64,000 nt of DNA from Rhizomicrobium sp. (GCA_044339125.1 JBIIWB010000006.1:24428-88427), one strand, 5' to 3'; numbered from the stretch's first letter, positions 38,459 to 47,049 are shown. A program made the numbers and translations. The notes: a model not told the origin generated them from the letters alone.

Positions 38459-39565
38459 ATGAGAAACTCACGGAGCAATCCCAAAAACGACCGGCTCAAA
38501 CGGGACTATCTCGTGTGGCTGCGGGAGGCCAAACAGCGCTCACCGGCCACGGTGGACCAGGTTCGCCACGCCATTGACCGTTTTGAGGCCTATATCCAGT
38601 TCAAGGGTTTCGAGACGTTCAACCGCGAGCAAGCGATGGGCTTCAAGCATGTCCTGATGGAGACCGATGCCGTGCGGTCCGGCAAGCCGATGAGCCTCTC
38701 AACTGTTCATCACATCCTGCAAGCCAACAAGGATTTCCTGGCTTGGCTGCACAACCGGTCGGGATTCCGGAGGGCTATATCCCTGCACGACATAGCTTAC
38801 CTCAACCTCTCGCGAGGGGAGGAGCGCCAAGCCCGTACTTCCAAGCCCAAGGACTATCCCAGCGTAGAGGAGTTCCGGCGGGCCATCATGGCGATGCCGG
38901 GAGCCAGCACGCTTGAGAGGCGCGACCGGGCCGTCATGGCGCTTCTGCTCCAAACGGGGATCCGTGATGCCGCCCTAACCGGCGTGAAGATGCGGGACGT
39001 GGATATTCGCAGAAATTTTGTCTTTCAGGACCCGCGCCACGCCCCTACGAAATTTCGCAAGCCAATTGACTCATTCCTGTTTTCCTTCGGAGAGGATGTG
39101 GACGGCATTTTTTTTGACTGGATTCGATTTTTGCAATCCGACAGAAAATTTGGCCCGGATGATCCGGTCTTTCCCAAAACCCTAGTCGGCCCGGGACAGG
39201 ACCAGAGTTTTGCGGCGCTGGGTATCGGCCGCGAGCATTGGGCTGACGCCGGCGCGGTGCGACGCATATTCCGCGAGGCTTTTGCCCGCATCGGACTTTC
39301 CTTTACCCAACCTCATTCCGCGCGCAATACGCTGGTACAGTACGCGTACCAACAGAAATTCAGTGCTGAGCAGATGAAGGCATTGGCCCAGAATTTGGGA
39401 CATGAGAGCCCGCTTACGACTTTCGGCAGTTACGGTCCGCTGACGCGGGAAAGGCAGGGGGAGGTCATTGCCGAGGTGGGGCGGCAGTCGGGAGGAGTGG
39501 ACCTTACCCAATTGACGGCCGCCGAACTGTTGCGGGCGTTGTCCGTGAAGGTGGGTGCGGGATAG
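38459..39565 (+). CDS. tyrosine-type site-specific integrase
   Basis: Start set at ATG 38459 (GGAGG RBS). The C-terminal catalytic region carries HSARNT...LGHES...YG (the H-x-x-R, H and Y of the tyrosine recombinase signature). It lies next to the tRNA. Confidence 0.9.
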   Translation: MRNSRSNPKNDRLKRDYLVWLREAKQRSPATVDQVRHAIDRFEAYIQFKGFETFNREQAMGFKHVLMETDAVRSGKPMSLSTVHHILQANKDFLAWLHNRSGFRRAISLHDIAYLNLSRGEERQARTSKPKDYPSVEEFRRAIMAMPGASTLERRDRAVMALLLQTGIRDAALTGVKMRDVDIRRNFVFQDPRHAPTKFRKPIDSFLFSFGEDVDGIFFDWIRFLQSDRKFGPDDPVFPKTLVGPGQDQSFAALGIGREHWADAGAVRRIFREAFARIGLSFTQPHSARNTLVQYAYQQKFSAEQMKALAQNLGHESPLTTFGSYGPLTRERQGEVIAEVGRQSGGVDLTQLTAAELLRALSVKVGAG

Positions 39566-39572
39566 CTCGCAA

Positions 39573-39600
39573 TGACCGCTTTTGACCCAAAGCGGACTTT
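39573..39600. repeat. palindromic repeat family, copy A (diverged)
   Basis: TGACCGCTTTTGACCCAAAGCGGACTTT, 8 nt after the integrase stop. Stem CCGCTTT/AAAGCGG. Confidence 0.6.
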
Positions 39601-39784
39601 AGCAACTCCGCGCCCGGGTGCGTAACAGGGAGGGAGCGCCCTATTTGTTTCTGATCAATTGGTTAAGGTGGATAACCTTCGAAATTTGTCACCATATCTC
39701 TCAATAGGATACTTCGGTTTTGGCTAGCTTCCTGCGACATTCTGCTGGCTTGTAGGCGTAGTTGCATACCGGTTTGGTTCTTCC

Positions 39785-40132
39785 ATGAAATTGGCCTTCC
39801 GCCACATCCTGCTGGCCGCGCTGTTGCTGCGCGCGTTCGTGCCGCTTGGCTGGATGCCGGGCACGGCCCAGCTTGGCGAAGCCGCATTCATCATCTGCGC
39901 CGCCGACGGCACCTTGCAGCACGGCACGCCGGGCAAGGATAGCGGCGCCCCGCACAGCCAGCCCTGCGCCTTTAGCGCCGCGCTGAAGAGCTTCGATCTT
40001 CCGGAAGCTGCGGCCATCGCGCCGCCTTCTTCCACCGCACTGGTCATCGCCAGTGTCTTCGCACCGACCGCGCCCGCGCCTGATGCCGCGCGCACGCCGC
40101 AAAGCCCCCGCGCCCCACCTGCCTCCGCCTGA
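39785..40132 (+). CDS. exported hypothetical protein, DUF2946-like
   Basis: Signal-like N-terminus MKLAFRHILLAALLLRAFVPLGWMP. High GC3, no clear RBS. The DUF2946 assignment is from memory of the family pattern and its association with TonB receptors. Confidence 0.4.
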   Translation: MKLAFRHILLAALLLRAFVPLGWMPGTAQLGEAAFIICAADGTLQHGTPGKDSGAPHSQPCAFSAALKSFDLPEAAAIAPPSSTALVIASVFAPTAPAPDAARTPQSPRAPPASA

Positions 40133-40195
40133 ACGGTTTGAGCCTGACGCCGCGCCTTCGCGCCCGACGTCGCCCATGCTTTCACGGAGACACCC

Positions 40196-40495
40196 ATGCT
40201 TCTGCATGCCATTGCCGTGCGGGGCCGCTCTGCGGACTTCCCCGCAACCATGCCGGCCTTCGCCGGACATCTTGACCCGCTGTCGCAGCCACTTGCGGCG
40301 CTGGGGCTTCCCCAACGTTCGCTTAACGCCATGCGCGCAGCGGGCATCGCCACTTTGGCCGATGCCGCCGACTGGTCGCTGCGGGACCTGAAAACCCTGC
40401 CCCAAGTCGGCCCCGCCGCCTTGGACATGCTGCAGGAGGCGCTGCGTGCGGCGCATCTGGACCTGCGGCCTTCGACGCGACGCAGGAGGCTCTGA
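40196..40495 (+). CDS. stand-alone RNA polymerase alpha C-terminal domain (alpha-CTD)-like protein
   Basis: LGLPQRSLNAMRAAGIATLADAADWSLRDLKTLPQVGPAALDMLQEALRAAHLDL follows the alpha-CTD helix-hairpin-helix pattern (L.LS.RS.N.L..A.I.T..DL...S..EL.....G.KSL.EI...L...GL.L). GGAGA RBS. Confidence 0.55.
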   Translation: MLLHAIAVRGRSADFPATMPAFAGHLDPLSQPLAALGLPQRSLNAMRAAGIATLADAADWSLRDLKTLPQVGPAALDMLQEALRAAHLDLRPSTRRRRL

Positions 40496-40498
40496 GCC

Positions 40499-40588
40499 AT
40501 GCGGCTTGGCAGCTTCAACCTGTTGCATATAGCGGGAATCTGCGCGCTCGGACTGGTCGCGCTCTTCTCCTGCACACTTCACGGCTGA
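40499..40588 (+). CDS. possible 29-aa hydrophobic peptide
   Basis: MRLGSFNLLHIAGICALGLVALFSCTLHG. An AGGAGG RBS lies 8 nt upstream. It sits between the alpha-CTD-like gene and the TonB receptor gene. Confidence 0.25.
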   Translation: MRLGSFNLLHIAGICALGLVALFSCTLHG

Positions 40589-40669
40589 GCATTCTACTCA
40601 TTTAAAAACTGGCGGGTGCGGCGAGCCGGATGGCCACGCATCCGCCCCACAAATCATACGAGGGATACC

Positions 40670-42715
40670 ATGAAGACCACATTGCTTGCTTCCACCGCGC
40701 TGCTCGCGCTGGCCACTGCCCTTCCGGCGCATGCCCAGTCTGCCGCGCTGGCCGCCGAAACCGTCATCGTCACCGCCGCCGGCAATCCCGGCGATCCGCC
40801 TGTCGTGGCCGATGCGCGCGAGCGGCTGTCGCGCACGCCCGGCGCCGTATCGGTCGTGGCGGCGGAATCCTTCGAGAACCGCCTGGCCACCGGCTTTCCC
40901 GACATGATGCGCGATGTGCCCGGCGTGCTGACCAACAAGCGCTATGGCGAGGAATCGCGCCTTTCCATTCGCGGTTCGGGCCTAGACCAGTCCTTCCACC
41001 AGCGCGGTGTCCTGCTGGCGCAGGATGGCGTGCCCTTTGCCGATGCCGACGGCTTCTCGGATTTCCAGAAGGTGGATGCGCAGACCGCCCGCTATGTCGA
41101 GGTCTACAAGGGCGGCAATGCCCTGCGCTTTGGCGGGGCGCAGCTGGGCGGCGCGATCAACATGGTCACGGCCACCGGCAAGACCGCCACGGCCGAGAAT
41201 CTTCTGCGGCTGGAAGGCGGCGCTTTCGGCACCTTCCGCGGCCAGGTCGCGGTGGCGCGCGACTATGACGGTTTCGACTTCTATGCCTCGGCCAGCGGCC
41301 TTGTCGCAGACGGCTTCCGCGTCCAATCCGCCCAGAGCCAGGCGCGCGCCACGGTGAATGCCGGTTACAGCTTCGGCGAGGAACAGGAAGTGCGCCTGAT
41401 CCTGTATGGGGCGGAGATTGACCAGCAGGTGCCCGGTGCGGTCAACCTTGCCAGCGCGCTGAACACGCCGCAGGCGCCGGGTGCCAATGTCGTCACCAAC
41501 AAATGGGCTCGCGACCAGCAGGTCGCCCGCGCCAGTCTGCAGACACGCTGGCGCTTCAACGAGAATCTTGTGTTCGAAGGCGGCGTCTACACAACTGGCA
41601 CGGCGCTGTATCACCCCATCTCGATCGTGATCCAGCAGAACATTCACACACAAGGCGCCTTCGGACGCTTCGACTGGACCGGCGACATTGCTGGCCACCG
41701 CGCCGACCTGTTCGCGGGCGTGGCCTACCGGCAGGGCAGCAACAACAGCCGCCTGTACAACAATGTCGGCGGCAATATGGGCTTCAAGTTCGGCGACGCC
41801 CATCAGGAAGCCAGCGGCACCGATGTCTTCGCCGAAGGCCGCTTCTTCGTCACCGACACGCTGGCGCTGGTGGCAGGCGCCAGCTGGGGCATGGCAACCC
41901 GCGACTACATCAACAATCTGAACGCGGCGAACAACGCGAACAAGGATTTCGAATGGTTCGCGCCGCGCCTAGGCCTGATCTGGGAAAATGACAGCGGCGT
42001 GCAGGTGTATGCCAATGTCACCCGCTCGGTGGAGCCGCCGCATTATGGCGCGTTGGTGCAGTCGCCCTTCCCGGGCTTTGTGCCGGTGGCAGCACAGCGC
42101 GCCTGGACAGGTGAGGTCGGCACGCGTGGCCGCAGCGGCGACCTGCTCTGGGATGTCACTTTTTATCGCGCTTCGGTAAAGGGCGAGTTGCTGAGCTTCG
42201 TGCCCACGGCGGGCCTGCCTGCTGCAGTCTTCAATGCCGATAGCACTATCCATCAGGGCATCGAGGCCTCGCTGGACTGGGACCTGGGAGCGGACCTGCT
42301 GGGCGGACCGCTGCGGCTGCGCCAGACCTGGGCCTGGTCGGACTTCGCGTTTGATGGCGACAAGGTCTATGGCGACAACCGGCTGCCGGTTGCGCCGGAA
42401 CACCAGTACCGCCTCTCGCTGCGATATGATGACCCGTCGGGTTACTTCCTCGAGCCGGGCATTGACTGGCGGCCCGTGTCCACCTTCGTGGACTATGCCA
42501 ACACGCTGAAGGCACCGGGTTATGTGCTGTTCAACATGGGCGCGGGATATCGCTTCAGCGACAGCCTGTCCCTGTTCCTCGACCTGCGCAACCTGGCGGA
42601 CGAGCATTATGCGGCGGAGTTCGGCTCTGTCACCGATGCGCGCATCGCCCAGACCGCCGTGTTCTTCCCGGGCGAGGGCCGCACCATCTATGCAGGCATT
42701 GGCTACAAGTTCTAA
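40670..42715 (+). CDS. TonB-dependent outer-membrane receptor
   Basis: Start set at ATG 40670 (signal peptide MKTTLLASTALLALATALPAHA). Plug-domain motifs are present, and the C-terminal beta-barrel ends ...IYAGIGYKF. Confidence 0.92.
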   Translation: MKTTLLASTALLALATALPAHAQSAALAAETVIVTAAGNPGDPPVVADARERLSRTPGAVSVVAAESFENRLATGFPDMMRDVPGVLTNKRYGEESRLSIRGSGLDQSFHQRGVLLAQDGVPFADADGFSDFQKVDAQTARYVEVYKGGNALRFGGAQLGGAINMVTATGKTATAENLLRLEGGAFGTFRGQVAVARDYDGFDFYASASGLVADGFRVQSAQSQARATVNAGYSFGEEQEVRLILYGAEIDQQVPGAVNLASALNTPQAPGANVVTNKWARDQQVARASLQTRWRFNENLVFEGGVYTTGTALYHPISIVIQQNIHTQGAFGRFDWTGDIAGHRADLFAGVAYRQGSNNSRLYNNVGGNMGFKFGDAHQEASGTDVFAEGRFFVTDTLALVAGASWGMATRDYINNLNAANNANKDFEWFAPRLGLIWENDSGVQVYANVTRSVEPPHYGALVQSPFPGFVPVAAQRAWTGEVGTRGRSGDLLWDVTFYRASVKGELLSFVPTAGLPAAVFNADSTIHQGIEASLDWDLGADLLGGPLRLRQTWAWSDFAFDGDKVYGDNRLPVAPEHQYRLSLRYDDPSGYFLEPGIDWRPVSTFVDYANTLKAPGYVLFNMGAGYRFSDSLSLFLDLRNLADEHYAAEFGSVTDARIAQTAVFFPGEGRTIYAGIGYKF

Positions 42716-42723
42716 GAGACGAC

Positions 42724-43137
42724 ATGCGCAGACTGATCGCTCTTGCGATCATTGCAATGCTGGCAGGCTGCGGTCCGTCCGAAGAGGCGGACCGCATCGC
42801 CGTCATCGCGGTGATGCACAAGGTCAATGACAAGCCGGGCCTGCCCGTGGATGTCGGCCCGGTGGTGGTCGAAGGCGGCCACGCCGTCGCCGACTGGACG
42901 CAAGGCGAGATGGGCGGGCGGGCGCTGCTGGTCCGCAAGGACCATGGCTGGGTCATCACGCTTTGCGCAGGCGACATCCTGCGCACACGCGACGGTCTGG
43001 TCCGACTGGGTGTGCCGGATGCCCAGGCCGCAACACTGGCGGACGAACTGGCAGCGGCAGAAGCCAGTGTCCTGCCGGGCAGACTGAAACGCATGGCCGA
43101 ATTTCAGGGCCTGATGCGCATGGACGAGGGCCATTAG
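42724..43137 (+). CDS. lipoprotein of unknown function, co-transcribed with the receptor
   Basis: Lipobox MLAGC. It starts 8 nt after the receptor stop. No domain recognised. Confidence 0.7.
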   Translation: MRRLIALAIIAMLAGCGPSEEADRIAVIAVMHKVNDKPGLPVDVGPVVVEGGHAVADWTQGEMGGRALLVRKDHGWVITLCAGDILRTRDGLVRLGVPDAQAATLADELAAAEASVLPGRLKRMAEFQGLMRMDEGH

Positions 43138-43232
43138 CTGCTGCCTGACTAAGCAAAACAGCAATTGAAACCAAGAGACTAGCTTTCAGCGATATACTCA
43201 TGCCTGCAGGGTAATGGAAACAGCGAAAGCAT

Positions 43233-43264
43233 GAATGTCCGCTATTGGCGCAAAGCGGACGTTC
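43233..43264. repeat. palindromic repeat family, copy B
   Basis: GAATGTCCGCTATTGGCGCAAAGCGGACGTTC; stem GTCCGCT/AGCGGAC. It differs at 1 of 32 positions from copy E. Confidence 0.85.
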
Positions 43265-43337
43265 TGGGCCGCTAAGCGTCACCTTTCTTCTCATAAATGA
43301 CACCTGGTTGGCGGTGCATGTAAGTCAGTTTGCGTAT

Positions 43338-43365
43338 GTATGCAGAAATATCTGAAAGTGCATAC
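43338..43365. promoter_or_regulatory. candidate NikR operator GTATGCA-N14-TGCATAC
   Basis: Perfect 7-bp inverted repeat ending 20 nt upstream of the nikR ATG. It equals GTATG-N18-CATAC, the same half-site and spacing as the E. coli nik operator GTATGA-N16-TCATAC. Confidence 0.6.
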
Positions 43366-43385
43366 TCTCTGAAACGGAGAGAGGC

Positions 43386-43859
43386 ATGCAGCGCATCACC
43401 ATCAGTGCCGACGACGCTTTCATCGAAGAGTTGGATGCGCTTTGTGCCCTGCGCGCCTACCAGAACCGCTCCGAGGCTCTACGCGACTTAGCCCGCGCAG
43501 GAATGCGGCAGGCGCGGGATGAAGGCGGCGGCTCAGGCCCCTGCGTCGCTGCGCTGGTCTATGTATATGACCACAACGCCCGCGACCTCTCGAGGCGGCT
43601 TGCCGAGACCTTCCACGACCATCATGACCTGTCTCTGGCGGCAACCCATGTCCATCTCGACCATGACAGCGTCATGGAAGTTGCCATCCTCCGTGGCGAT
43701 GCCGCCGATGTGGAACATCTGGCGGGGCACGTTATCGCCGAGCGCGGTGTCCGCCATGGGCGACTGGTTAAGATTCCCGTTGAACAGAAGATCGAAACCC
43801 ATCGGCACGGCCATGGCAGCCATCGTCACCTCCACCTCCATGTGCGCAAGGCGGGCTGA
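43386..43859 (+). CDS. nikR: nickel-responsive regulator NikR (ribbon-helix-helix) with His-rich tail
   Basis: MQRITISADDAFIEELDALCALRAYQNRSEALRDLAR is the RHH domain. A C-terminal metal-binding domain follows (HVHLDHDSVMEV...). The tail reads THRHGHGSHRHLHLH. Confidence 0.9.
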   Translation: MQRITISADDAFIEELDALCALRAYQNRSEALRDLARAGMRQARDEGGGSGPCVAALVYVYDHNARDLSRRLAETFHDHHDLSLAATHVHLDHDSVMEVAILRGDAADVEHLAGHVIAERGVRHGRLVKIPVEQKIETHRHGHGSHRHLHLHVRKAG

Positions 43860-45859
43860 TGAAAGCATTTCTTCTCGCCGCCGCCGCCATCTTTGCTACG
43901 CCCGCGCTGGCCCAACCACAGCCCGAAACCGTCACCGTGCTGGGCCGCCAAGCCAACCTAACCGGCATCGCCACATCGGCCAATGAAGGCTCGGTCAGCG
44001 CCTCTGACATGGGCTTGCGCCCGCTCTTACGCCCCGGCGAGATCGTGGAGAATATTCCCGGCGTCATCGTCAGCCAACATTCCGGCAGCGGCAAGGCCAA
44101 CCAGTATTACTTGCGCGGCTTCAACCTGGATCACGGCACCGACCTTGCCATCACCGTCAACGGCGCGCCGGTCAACATGGTCAGTCACGGTCACGGGCAG
44201 GGCTATGCCGACCTCAACTTCGTCATTCCCGAACTGATCTCCCGCGTCGATTACCGCAAGGGGCCGTATTACGCCGAGGTCGGCGACTTCGGCGCGGCGG
44301 GCGCGTTCGACATCCGCTATTACGACCGCCTGCCGTTCGGCCTCGCCAAGATCGAAGGCGGCCAGTTCGGCTATGGCCGCGCGGTGATTGCCGACAATCT
44401 GACGCTGGGGCAGGGCAATCTGCTCTATGGCCTGTCCTTCGAGCACAGCGATGGCCCTTGGGATTTGCCCGACGACTCGCGCAAATGGTCGGGCGCCTTG
44501 CGCTACAGCGAAGGCGGCTTCAGCCTGACTGCAGAGGCGTATCACAACATCTGGAACGCCACCGACCAGACGCCGCAGCGCGCCGTGGCGGCTGGCTTAA
44601 TCTCGCGCTGGGGCAACATCGATCCCACCGATGGCGGCAAGTCGGGCCGCTACACCATCAATGCGGGATGGGATCTGGGCGACACGCACTTTCGCGCCTA
44701 TGGCCTCTACAGCCATCTGCGCCTGCATTCCAACTTCACCTATTTCCTCGACGATCCTGTCAATGGCGACCAGTTCGAGCAGGTCGATGTCCGCTTCGTG
44801 ATGGGAGGCCATGCCGACCGCGTGTTGGAACACGCGCTGGGGGGCATGGAATCCGTCACCACGGTGGGCGCCGACCTGCGACACGACAACATCAACAACG
44901 CACTCTACAAGACGATGGGTGGTACGGCGCGGCTTGGCACCACGACGAAGGACCACATCGCCGAAACTAGCCTCTCCGGCTATCTGCGCAACGAGACGCA
45001 CTGGCTGCCGTGGCTACGCTCCATCGTCGGCGTGCGGCTGGACCAGTTCTGGTTCGATGTCACCGACAAGTCGGGCGCGGGCAACAGCGGCATCACCGAT
45101 GCCGCCGCCTTCGGTCCCAAGGCGGGTCTGGTGTTCGGGCCGTGGGAAAAGACCGAGCTTTACCTGAACTACGGCACCGGCTTTCACAGCAACGATGCGC
45201 GCGGGCTGTTCGCGCCCGCCGGGGATGCCACGCCCATCGCCCGCGCCACCGGCGGCGAGGTCGGCATCCGCAGCGGGATCATTCCGGGCGTGACCTCATC
45301 GGTCAGCTTCTGGCTGCTCAACATGCAGTCCGAACTGACATGGGTGGGCGATGCGGGCACCACCGAGCCGGGCGCGCGCACCCGTCGCTATGGCATCGAG
45401 TTCGCCAATTTCTGGACGCCCACCGACTGGCTCACCATCGACCTGGATTACGCCTGGTCGAAGGCGCGCTTCATCGATTTCGATCCGGCGGGCCAGTACG
45501 TGCCGGAATCGCTGGTCTCCAACTTCGATGGCGGCATCGCAATCCACGATCTGGGCGGCTGGGCCGATCCCTTCTTCGCCGGGCTGCGGATGCGCTATTT
45601 CGGGCCGCGCCCGCTGGTGCAGGACAATACCATCCGCTCCCGCGCCACCACGCTGCTGTATGCCGATCTGGGCTGGAACATCTCCGAACGCTTCAGCGTG
45701 CAACTCAACGTCTTCAATCTTCTGGACGCGCGGGCCAGCGACATCGACTATGTCTACACCTCGCGCCTGCCGGGCGAACCGGCGGGCGGCGTCGATGATG
45801 TCCACACGCATCCATCCCAGCCGCGCGAGTTCAGGCTCAGCCTGACGGCTCGGCTTTAG
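43859..45859 (+). CDS. TonB-dependent receptor, translationally coupled to nikR
   Basis: ATGA overlap with the nikR stop. Signal peptide MKAFLLAAAAIFATPALA. Plug and barrel motifs are present; the terminal residues are ...RLSLTARL. Confidence 0.92.
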   Translation: MKAFLLAAAAIFATPALAQPQPETVTVLGRQANLTGIATSANEGSVSASDMGLRPLLRPGEIVENIPGVIVSQHSGSGKANQYYLRGFNLDHGTDLAITVNGAPVNMVSHGHGQGYADLNFVIPELISRVDYRKGPYYAEVGDFGAAGAFDIRYYDRLPFGLAKIEGGQFGYGRAVIADNLTLGQGNLLYGLSFEHSDGPWDLPDDSRKWSGALRYSEGGFSLTAEAYHNIWNATDQTPQRAVAAGLISRWGNIDPTDGGKSGRYTINAGWDLGDTHFRAYGLYSHLRLHSNFTYFLDDPVNGDQFEQVDVRFVMGGHADRVLEHALGGMESVTTVGADLRHDNINNALYKTMGGTARLGTTTKDHIAETSLSGYLRNETHWLPWLRSIVGVRLDQFWFDVTDKSGAGNSGITDAAAFGPKAGLVFGPWEKTELYLNYGTGFHSNDARGLFAPAGDATPIARATGGEVGIRSGIIPGVTSSVSFWLLNMQSELTWVGDAGTTEPGARTRRYGIEFANFWTPTDWLTIDLDYAWSKARFIDFDPAGQYVPESLVSNFDGGIAIHDLGGWADPFFAGLRMRYFGPRPLVQDNTIRSRATTLLYADLGWNISERFSVQLNVFNLLDARASDIDYVYTSRLPGEPAGGVDDVHTHPSQPREFRLSLTARL

Positions 45860-45902
45860 CGGTAAGTAAGTGTCACGTTGCCCAGATTTATGACACCGGG
45901 CC

Positions 45903-45931
45903 AATGTCCGCTTCTGGCGCAAAGCGGACGG
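45903..45931. repeat. palindromic repeat family, copy C
   Basis: AATGTCCGCTTCTGGCGCAAAGCGGACGG, 44 nt after the receptor stop. Confidence 0.8.
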
Positions 45932-45975
45932 TGGCCGATTAGCCAGGGCCATCCGCTGGTTTCTTGACGCGAAGG

Positions 45976-46003
45976 GCTGCTTCTGACCCAAAGCGGACAT
46001 TCA
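45976..46003. repeat. palindromic repeat family, copy D (left arm degenerate)
   Basis: GCTGCTTCTGACCCAAAGCGGACATTC, in the same orientation as copy C and ~70 bp from it. Confidence 0.6.
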
Positions 46004-46120
46004 GACCCAGGCCAGGCCATGATAAGGGGCTTTGGTGGCGGCACCTCAATCCCCACTATTCAGGGGCATCGCGGTCCAGCGCCGCTCCAGTTATGCTCCT
46101 CGCGGGGCAAGGGGGCACAC

Positions 46121-46624
46121 ATGACCGAGATGGTTCGCCCGAGGCGCAGATGGCCTTGGGTACTTGCCTGTGTGGTGCTGTTTGTCGCCGGCACGTATGT
46201 CGGATTCCAAGGCGCGGTCCGGACGTTGCACCGCCAGTTTACCGCCGCTTGTCCCACGGTCTTTTCGCCGCGCGAGGGCGAGGTCGAAACACTGGCACCC
46301 GGCCCCGGCATTTTCCCGCCGCGTGCGACCGCGCGGCCGGTTCGGCAATCTCAGTTGGGAGCGCTGGCGCATGTGCGCGGGAGTGTGGTGGTCCTGGCGC
46401 GGATCGAGGCCGATGGCAGCGTCTCGCGCGCCGAGTTGGCCCAGTCCAGCGGCTTTTGTCCCTATGACGATCAGGCGCTGAAGGATGTGCGGCAATGGAC
46501 ATTCCAGCCTGCGCGCCGCTTAGGCGAAGCTGTCGCCGCGTGGATCCCAATCACGGTCCGCTATGAACCCGCCGACGCCCCGCGCCCGTCACGCCCCGCG
46601 CCGCTTCCCGGGGAGAAAATATAG
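46121..46624 (+). CDS. TonB-family energy transducer (C-terminal domain protein)
   Basis: Start set at ATG 46121. It has an N-terminal TM anchor (WPWVLACVVLFVAGTYV). The C-terminal TonB fold reads VVVLARIEADGSVSRAELAQSSGFCPYDDQALKDVRQWTFQPA. Confidence 0.8.
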   Translation: MTEMVRPRRRWPWVLACVVLFVAGTYVGFQGAVRTLHRQFTAACPTVFSPREGEVETLAPGPGIFPPRATARPVRQSQLGALAHVRGSVVVLARIEADGSVSRAELAQSSGFCPYDDQALKDVRQWTFQPARRLGEAVAAWIPITVRYEPADAPRPSRPAPLPGEKI

Positions 46625-46667
46625 GCTCCCCTAACAGTCACGACCATGCTGAGTGCAAGAACTGGTT

Positions 46668-46699
46668 GAATGTCCGCTATTGGCGCAAAGCGGACATTC
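46668..46699. repeat. palindromic repeat family, copy E
   Basis: GAATGTCCGCTATTGGCGCAAAGCGGACATTC, 44 nt after the TonB-like gene. Confidence 0.85.
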
Positions 46700-46796
46700 G
46701 TCCACCCAACCCCTCCCGAAGCCAATCGCAGTATTTCGCCAAACAAGGGGGCGGTCGCAGTGAAGGGTATGCGTTGGGCTGCGCGCCCTAGCCGAA

Positions 46797-46820
46797 GTGC
46801 AATTTCCGTGTAATTGCGCC
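46797..46820 (+). promoter_or_regulatory. candidate integrase arm-type sites, right arm
   Basis: GTGCAATTTCCGTGTAATTGCGCC is the partner of 38181-38204. It lies 121 nt inside attR. Confidence 0.4.
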
Positions 46821-46941
46821 CGGGAAGGCTTAGTTCGTTCTGGAATGGAACGGATGTTCTCGGGCCGGTAGAGGTCTGCAAACGTAATGAGATCAAACCC
46901 TTGGGAATACCCCGGACATTTCAGGTGATCCCATAGCGAAA

Positions 46942-46990
<49 letters not shown>

Positions 46991-47049
46991 TATAAAATAA
47001 AAGCATACAGCTATTTTTTTTCACACTAAATCATAAGTTCAATAAACAT

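Noticed and set aside
39701-40582. Two overlapping minus-strand ORFs of 293 and 283 aa across the start of the island cargo.
   Set aside because: They have Arg/Gly/Ala-rich junk composition and no RBS. The plus-strand ORFs here have a signal-peptide-like N-terminus and an alpha-CTD-like motif respectively, together with high GC3. Confidence in this region remains moderate.
40654-40659. A TCATAC NikR half-site 11 nt upstream of the first TonB receptor ATG.
   Set aside because: No GTATGA-like partner exists at the N16 spacing (the sequence there is GGCCAC). A single hexamer is not evidence of NikR control of this first module.
42956-43303. Small ORFs reading through the palindromic repeats (42956-43303(-), 45856-46056(-), 45964-46467(+), 46631-46954(-)), giving peptides such as ...PLCANSGHS... 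and ...DPKRTF...
   Set aside because: The conserved part of each peptide is just the translation of the repeat element. The flanks are unrelated and lack RBSs. I treated them as repeat-induced artefacts.
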